The notes under the pieces were generated by a model, which was given only the letters and a program-made list of their open reading frames with translations, was not told the DNA's origin and did no database searches. The translations under genes were made by a program, and so were the position numbers. Shown in pieces: positions 32,989 to 38,027 of a DNA stretch of 38,027 bases. Every line of letters starts with the position of its first letter. Within the stretch, counting starts at the first letter, position 1. Source of the stretch: a virus; IMG/VR virus record IMGVR_UViG_3300020187_000003; one strand, given 5' to 3'.

Positions 32989-33803
32989 TGAGTTGGCTAC
33001 CTAGCACCGGCGGGGGTGGCGCTGACCCTCAGACTGCCGTGAACACGGCTGATATCGCTACGATTGAGTCCGAGCAAACAACGCAAAACAGCAGCATTGC
33101 CACTAATGCTTCGGGCGTTTCTACGAATGCCACGACGGTGTTCAATTTAGGTACTGATGTAGCAGGGCACCACTCCCGTCTCGCAACCATCGACAGCGAT
33201 CAGGTCGCACAAGATTCAGCGATCGCCGCTAACACAGCGAAGGTGACGAACGCCACTCATACTGGCGATGTGACAGGCACGACTGTGTTGACGCTGGATG
33301 CCACGGCTATCACAGGGCAAACCCTGGTCACTGCCGACGCACTAGATCATGTCGTGATCGCTGACGCTTCAGATGGGGCTTTGAAGAAAGCGCTCGTATC
33401 GGATTTGGGTGCAGACAACTTTGTCCAGCAGACCGGGGCACCCACTGGTGACAGCGGCTTGTTGTGGTATGACACTGATGCTGTCCCAACACCGCAGAAC
33501 GTTGAGCCGACCACCACAGAGATAGGCACCACTCACACGCTGGCTTTGGCTAACGGCTGGTCAACGGTGATCTACAGTAATGCTGCGGCTGTGACTGTGA
33601 CGGTGCCCACTAACGCCACCGTGGCGTTTCCGGTTGAGACAACCATGTTGTTGGTTGCTGCTGGTGCCGGTGGGATCTCGTTGACCACAGCGGGTTTGAC
33701 TCTTATTGGTTCGTCGCCTTTGGTTGGTTGTGCTCAGAATGAGGGTTTGTGGCTGCGTAAGGTTGACACTGATTCTTGGGTTGTGCTTGGTGGGACTGTC
33801 TGA
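32988..33803 (+). CDS. Tail fibre / receptor-binding protein 1
   Basis: TGATG coupling to the upstream gene. Ser/Thr/Ala-rich repeats and the fibre-typical HTGDVTGTTVLTLDATAITG. Its C-terminal 96-aa domain is shared with 34542-34940. Confidence 0.75.
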   Translation: MSWLPSTGGGGADPQTAVNTADIATIESEQTTQNSSIATNASGVSTNATTVFNLGTDVAGHHSRLATIDSDQVAQDSAIAANTAKVTNATHTGDVTGTTVLTLDATAITGQTLVTADALDHVVIADASDGALKKALVSDLGADNFVQQTGAPTGDSGLLWYDTDAVPTPQNVEPTTTEIGTTHTLALANGWSTVIYSNAAAVTVTVPTNATVAFPVETTMLLVAAGAGGISLTTAGLTLIGSSPLVGCAQNEGLWLRKVDTDSWVVLGGTV

Positions 33804-34519
33804 TGGGTAATTTGCTTTCTGCGGCTGCGCCGGTAAGACAACAGAGCGCAACACCGGTGGTGTATGTCGAGGAAGACTTCACGGCTACCACTACTGGCGA
33901 TTTGTCGGACAACAATTTGGCGGTTGACGAGTTGGGTGGCGGGTGGCAAGGCCACACCAGTCATTTGACTTACAACGCTTCGGGCGAGGGCGTTGAAGCA
34001 ACGACAAACAAGGTGAATCGTCGAACGCTGATTGAAACGTCGGGGCGGGAAGATGTCCAGGTCACGATGACCGCCACCATTAAAAGGGGTGGCTCCAATA
34101 CCAATTGGCAAGGCGTGGGGATGCGGGCACCAACATCCACCACAGATATTACAGACATTCTTTGTGCGTGGTTCCGTGGTACAGCAATTGACCCAAACCT
34201 AGCACTACATGATGGTCGAACCGCAGACCCGCTGCTGAAGACATGGGATCTGTCGGTGTTGCTGGCGACGCAGCCGCAAGACGGCGACACAATCACATTG
34301 GTGATGCGGTGCAGCGGTGACGACATCACGTTGTATTCGATGCAGGTCAACGGCGGTTCTGTGGAAACGGTGGATGACACATACACGCTGACGGGTGCGG
34401 TGGCTACCGCCCACGGCGCAGGGTCGGGGGCCGATTGTTACGGCTTGCTCACGGATGAACGGGTAGCGTCTTCCAGTGAGCGCTTCGAATATTTCAAAGT
34501 CGAATCTATCCCGGCATGA
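33803..34519 (+). CDS. Tail-associated protein, possible beta-sandwich/lectin-like
   Basis: TGATG overlap with the fibre stop. 238 aa and beta-rich. Its position mirrors the LamG-like gene of the second module. Confidence 0.55.
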   Translation: MGNLLSAAAPVRQQSATPVVYVEEDFTATTTGDLSDNNLAVDELGGGWQGHTSHLTYNASGEGVEATTNKVNRRTLIETSGREDVQVTMTATIKRGGSNTNWQGVGMRAPTSTTDITDILCAWFRGTAIDPNLALHDGRTADPLLKTWDLSVLLATQPQDGDTITLVMRCSGDDITLYSMQVNGGSVETVDDTYTLTGAVATAHGAGSGADCYGLLTDERVASSSERFEYFKVESIPA

Positions 34520-34541
34520 CAACAAGGACTAGGGGTTTCTG

Positions 34542-34940
34542 ATGGGTGTTTTGAAGACATGGACCGGTGCGGCGTGGGAGGAAATCGAGTTTTCTGCCAT
34601 GACCGTTTCGGCTTCTGATGTAGCGGATTTGACGCCGATTGCGGCGACCACTCAGGCAGGCACCACTTACACGTTGGCGCTCACTGACGCATTCTCGATG
34701 ATCTTGTGCAGCAATGCCGCCTTGGTGACCGTGACAGTGCCCACGAATGCTAGCGTGGCGTTCCCGGTGGGCACCCAGATTGCTTTACAGTCGACTGGTG
34801 CGGGCGGCGTCACACTCACGACCACGTCCCTCACACTCAACGGCTCGAGTCCGAACACAACAATTGCCCAGAATGAGGTGATGGTGCTCGAAAAAACCGC
34901 CACTGATACGTGGAGCGTGCTTGGTGGGACTGCGGCATGA
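34542..34940 (+). CDS. Short tail fibre / receptor-binding protein 2 (paralogous C-terminal domain)
   Basis: N-terminus LKTWTGAAWEEI. The C-terminal 96 aa are 58/96 identical (hand count, ungapped) to the C-terminus of 32988-33803. Confidence 0.72.
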   Translation: MGVLKTWTGAAWEEIEFSAMTVSASDVADLTPIAATTQAGTTYTLALTDAFSMILCSNAALVTVTVPTNASVAFPVGTQIALQSTGAGGVTLTTTSLTLNGSSPNTTIAQNEVMVLEKTATDTWSVLGGTAA

Positions 34941-35701
34941 TGGCGCAGTTGAAGGCAGCAGCACAACAACAAACCACAGGCGGGTTTGCGCCTGACGATA
35001 TTGGTTCGCTTGTTGTGTGGTTTGACGCTTCTGATCAGGCAACAATCACTGACACGGCCGGATCTGTCACCCAGTGGGACGACAAAAGCGCTACTGGTGC
35101 TGATTTGTCCAGCTATGAGAACGCTGTGGTGACTGGTGCTAACACGCAAAACAGTTTGAATGTGTTGGAGTTTGGGAGCGCTGGGGATTCAGCGTTGCGG
35201 TCTGTTGCAACACCGTGGATGACTTCCACGGCGGGGCACTGGACAGTGTTCGGGGTGTTTAATGCAACTGATGCGACCCCGACTGGTGGCGTGTTTTCGC
35301 AAGACAAAGGTGGCGGCACCCTGTCTGAGCGCAACCCGCAGTTTATGCGTGTTGGGGGAGAGAGCATGTCGGCGGTGAACATTGCGGGGTCTGGTGGGCC
35401 GTACGCCGACAATTCGCCCACTGTTAGTGATGCGACATGGTATGTGGGTGCGACTCGTCAGGATGCCACAACGTTAGAAGCGTTTTTGGCGGGCGGGACG
35501 AATGGTGGCACGTCGTCCACCCCTGGAAGGGCTAGCTCTGCGGCGATCCTCAGGGTTTGTGAAGCCACCCAGCAATTTTCCCATTTTGTTGGGTTGATCG
35601 GGGAGATAATCTTCTATCAGGCCGATCTGACCGACTCGGAAGTGAATGACGTTGGCAACTATCTGGCCTCTAAATGGGCCTTAACTTGGAGTGACCTGTA
35701 A
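34937..35701 (+). CDS. LamG/concanavalin-A-like lectin-fold protein
   Basis: ATGA overlap with the upstream gene. LVVWFDASD...VTQWDDKS and GEIIFYQADLTDSEVNDVGNYLASKW match the LamG-like jelly-roll signature. Confidence 0.7.
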   Translation: MMAQLKAAAQQQTTGGFAPDDIGSLVVWFDASDQATITDTAGSVTQWDDKSATGADLSSYENAVVTGANTQNSLNVLEFGSAGDSALRSVATPWMTSTAGHWTVFGVFNATDATPTGGVFSQDKGGGTLSERNPQFMRVGGESMSAVNIAGSGGPYADNSPTVSDATWYVGATRQDATTLEAFLAGGTNGGTSSTPGRASSAAILRVCEATQQFSHFVGLIGEIIFYQADLTDSEVNDVGNYLASKWALTWSDL

Positions 35702-36114
35702 TGGCATACATACGAAGTGAAGATGGCATCACGCCGGGGCGGCGGGTTAACGAACTGCCCTATAAGGCGTGGATTCAGGACACTGTGGAAGCGGGGCACT
35801 ACGAACCGCTGACCGAACAGAACATGAACGATCATGGCATCTATGCGTTCACGGAAACCGACCAGCCTGACGCCGATCACGTCCGCACGATTGAGCGTGT
35901 AGGTGCAGGCTTCGAAACCGTCTGGACATTCGACGCTGCCCTAGCCGAATCCAATCTCATGTTTGCTGCCGCCACTACTGAGCGTGAAGCCATTCAAAGC
36001 ATGGTGTCAGCCCTGACAGACATCGTTGAAGCAGACACTCTCACCGAGGCGGAACAGACCGAAGCCTTGAAAAAACTAGCCCGCATCTGTCGACTCGCAG
36101 TCGACATGGTCTAA
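35701..36114 (+). CDS. Hypothetical acidic protein (137 aa)
   Basis: TAATG coupling to the upstream gene. No motif recognised. Confidence 0.6.
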   Translation: MAYIRSEDGITPGRRVNELPYKAWIQDTVEAGHYEPLTEQNMNDHGIYAFTETDQPDADHVRTIERVGAGFETVWTFDAALAESNLMFAAATTEREAIQSMVSALTDIVEADTLTEAEQTEALKKLARICRLAVDMV

Positions 36115-36129
36115 CCGAAAGAAAACACA

Positions 36130-36399
36130 ATGGTAATCAAAGCGGAAACGATCACAATCACATCGGCCACCCGTGTTAAAGCGGCACCGTCCTCACCAGT
36201 AGGGCGGAAAGCAGTGGCCTTCCTCAAGTCCGAATCAGGCATCGTCCGCCTGTATCAGGACGCAACAAGCAGTGACTACGTCACCTTCGCTCACGACGAC
36301 CCGCTCGGCCCAGTAGATCTGGAGCCAGGCGATGAACTGTGGGTGGCAGCTAACAGCACAGACGTTGCTGTTCAAGTACTACAGACAGGACTCACATGA
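36130..36399 (+). CDS. Hypothetical protein (89 aa)
   Basis: Co-oriented ORF immediately upstream of the lysis cassette. Confidence 0.55.
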   Translation: MVIKAETITITSATRVKAAPSSPVGRKAVAFLKSESGIVRLYQDATSSDYVTFAHDDPLGPVDLEPGDELWVAANSTDVAVQVLQTGLT

Positions 36400-36629
36400 T
36401 GAACCAGTATCTCCCAGACATCCGCAACCTCTCAAACGAGGTCGTCTTCACACTCACCCTCACAGCCAGCATCATCGGCGAAATCATCGCTGTTCTAAAC
36501 GGTATCGACTGGGAGTCAGGCTTGATTGCTCTGCTCCCAGTTGTCACCGGGCTGATTGCTCGACTGAAAGTGTACGGGCCTGATGTCATTGGCCTGTTGG
36601 GTGACGCAGACGAGCAGATCGTTTCATGA
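36396..36629 (+). CDS. Putative holin (two predicted TM helices)
   Basis: 77 aa. Hydrophobic stretches VVFTLTLTASIIGEIIAVL and GLIALLPVVTGLIA. ATGA coupling to both neighbours. It directly precedes the endolysin. Confidence 0.6.
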   Translation: MMNQYLPDIRNLSNEVVFTLTLTASIIGEIIAVLNGIDWESGLIALLPVVTGLIARLKVYGPDVIGLLGDADEQIVS

Positions 36630-37222
36630 CTAAGGCCGACCTCACCGAAGTGCAGTACTTTGCCAACTCGTTGGGGGTTGGCGTAACAATCGACGGCCGC
36701 AACGGATATTTCACCCGGCGGTTTGTTAAGATGTTTCAAGACACCTTTCAGATAGGTGACTATTCCGGTGTGGGCCGGTTGGTGGTAGACGGGATACCTG
36801 GGCCAAAGACCTTGGAAGCCATGCGAATGTGCAGGGCTGAAGGCGGTCGGGTATCCCGTCACTTCCACTACAAAGAGTTCCGCAACAAAGGCTCCCTCAC
36901 TCCGACCGTGTCCAATCATGTGATCCGGTTGGAACGTGAGCTTGTCGAAGGCTTGGAGCGGCTGCGCAAGGAGACGGGGCCTATCCATATCGCTTCCGGC
37001 TACCGCTCCCCTGTCCATAATCGCTCAGTGGGCGGCGTGAATAACAGCCAGCACCTATATGGGCGGGCCGTGGACCTTCACCGCAGTCGCATGCGCAGCA
37101 ACGTGACAGAGGCGCAAGCACGGGCCGCAGGGTTCTCAGGTGTGGGCATCGAGTCACGCACAAACAACTCTGTCATCCATCTGGACGTGCGCCCAACACC
37201 CACCCGCTGGTACTACCGGTAA
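36626..37222 (+). CDS. Endolysin: peptidoglycan-binding domain plus M15-family zinc peptidase
   Basis: DGIPGPKTLEAM is typical of PG_binding_1. SGYRSPVHNRSVGGVNNSQHLYGRAVD...HLD matches the M15 H..D...H zinc peptidase pattern. Confidence 0.82.
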   Translation: MTKADLTEVQYFANSLGVGVTIDGRNGYFTRRFVKMFQDTFQIGDYSGVGRLVVDGIPGPKTLEAMRMCRAEGGRVSRHFHYKEFRNKGSLTPTVSNHVIRLERELVEGLERLRKETGPIHIASGYRSPVHNRSVGGVNNSQHLYGRAVDLHRSRMRSNVTEAQARAAGFSGVGIESRTNNSVIHLDVRPTPTRWYYR

Positions 37223-37226
37223 CACA

Positions 37227-37481
37227 ATGCAGGCCACCGTCATCACCCTGCTAGTGGCAGGAGTCGGGGCGTGTGCGACCTTACTCAACACATACCTGGC
37301 CTCAAGGCTGAGCCGCACGAACAAGCGTGATCACGGCGAGGTGGCTGCAGCGCTTGAAGATCTCAAAGGTCAGACTGCAGACATATCCGACAAGGTCGAC
37401 GGTCACCTCATGTGGCATCTGAACGACCCCAACGTCGCAGTTAGCGACAACAAGCCACCTGTAGGAGAAAGACCAGCATGA
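37227..37481 (+). CDS. N-terminally membrane-anchored lysis-cassette protein
   Basis: Start at the internal ATG 37227, 5 nt after the endolysin stop. TM segment ATVITLLVAGVGACATLLNTYLA followed by a charged helical tail. Confidence 0.55.
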   Translation: MQATVITLLVAGVGACATLLNTYLASRLSRTNKRDHGEVAAALEDLKGQTADISDKVDGHLMWHLNDPNVAVSDNKPPVGERPA

Positions 37482-37777
37482 GTTTAGAGAACGCAGAGTT
37501 GGTTGGGGGCATGGCCTCTGACCCTGGGCCTCGCACCTGCAAGGTCGCCAGTTTCCTGGCCGACCCAACCAGTTGGGGGCTGACCACCGAGGACAGAGAC
37601 TGGCTTGCAGGGCAGCTAGCAGTGAAGGCAGCGTCCCCCCGTGACGGGCAGACCCTGTCGTACACGCGATTGTCAGCAAAGTTTGCCAACGAGACACGGG
37701 CGCAAGGTAAACCCGGCCGCATCTCCCCTTCCATCATGTCGAATCACGCCAACGGGTTGTGCATATGTCACACATGA
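37478..37777 (+). CDS. Hypothetical protein, possible HTH DNA-binding
   Basis: ATGA coupling at both ends. TLSYTRLSAKFANE...ISPSIMSNHANG looks helix-turn-helix-like. Cys/His at the C-terminus. Confidence 0.5.
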   Translation: MSLENAELVGGMASDPGPRTCKVASFLADPTSWGLTTEDRDWLAGQLAVKAASPRDGQTLSYTRLSAKFANETRAQGKPGRISPSIMSNHANGLCICHT

Positions 37778-38027
37778 GCGGAGGCGTCGACTCCCATCGC
37801 ATCGAGGTGTTGGAGGCGAAGCTCGTCGGCGTCCGCTCCGAACTGCAACGTCAGCGTAAGGTGGCAGCGAAGTCGAAGGACGAACTTGAGAAACTGTTGG
37901 GCCTGGTCGAAGCGCAGAATGCCATCACTGACCAGTTGTCTGCAGCCCCTGCATGGCTGGCACCTAAGCGGGGCGACAGCAACCTGCATGCCACAGCATG
38001 GCTGACCCTGTCTGACCTCCACCTCGA
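37774..38027 (+). CDS. Metallophosphoesterase, N-terminal coiled-coil part (continues at position 3 after the junction)
   Basis: ATG 37774 in an ATGA overlap with the upstream stop. The frame is continuous into 3-896 (341 codons in total). N-terminus IEVLEAKLVGVRSELQRQRKVAAKSKDELEKLL. Confidence 0.8.
   Translation, partial: MSGGVDSHRIEVLEAKLVGVRSELQRQRKVAAKSKDELEKLLGLVEAQNAITDQLSAAPAWLAPKRGDSNLHATAWLTLSDLHL
37901..38027. repeat. Terminal direct repeat copy 2 (identical to 1-127)
   Basis: Exact 127-nt identity with the window start. Confidence 0.97.

Noticed and set aside
1-38027. Search for lysogeny functions (integrase, CI-like repressor, excisionase, attP).
   Set aside because: No tyrosine- or serine-recombinase-sized ORF or motif was recognised. 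The phage is probably lytic. The dyad-rich control regions are therefore interpreted as temporal switches rather than an immunity region.

Overview
The window is one complete phage genome. Bases 1-127 are identical to 37901-38027, so the contig closes into a 37,900-bp circle (assembly-type overlap). A metallophosphoesterase gene runs across that junction. Gene content indicates a tailed dsDNA phage with T7-like (podovirus) structural gene order: TerL, portal, scaffold, major capsid, two adaptor/tail-tube-sized proteins, then a run of internal-virion-sized proteins ending in a 1374-aa giant. I recognise no RNA polymerase and no DNA polymerase. A WhiB-family gene points to an actinobacterial host. 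There are four transcription blocks. (i) A minus-strand, tightly translationally coupled operon of 13 small ORFans (1010-5524). (ii) A plus-strand packaging/head/tail/ejection block (7236-26520). (iii) A minus-strand replication/recombination block (26496-32311) with a Cas4-like nuclease, WhiB, a DnaB-like helicase, an AEP primase-polymerase and a RusA-like resolvase. (iv) A plus-strand block (32548, through the junction, to about 1071) with a secreted protein, duplicated fibre+lectin modules, a lysis cassette, an HTH-like protein and the phosphoesterase. The most unusual part is a 1.7-kb non-coding hub (5525-7235) between blocks i and ii. It has mirrored strand composition, a G-quadruplex motif, nested inverted and direct repeats, four copies of a TGTGAC(A/G)CAT operator-like motif abutting a TTGACA promoter, and a possible G/U-rich RNA. 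Related ATGAC-type palindromes occur in the second divergent control region (32312-32547). Other notable points are (TTGG)n and (TC)n microsatellites forming the 5' leaders of early genes, a low-GC island with a beta-helix repeat protein between the putative TerS and TerL, a truncated beta-clamp-like early protein, and a duplicated receptor-binding module. All functional calls come from motif recognition by eye and synteny; none has been verified by a database search.
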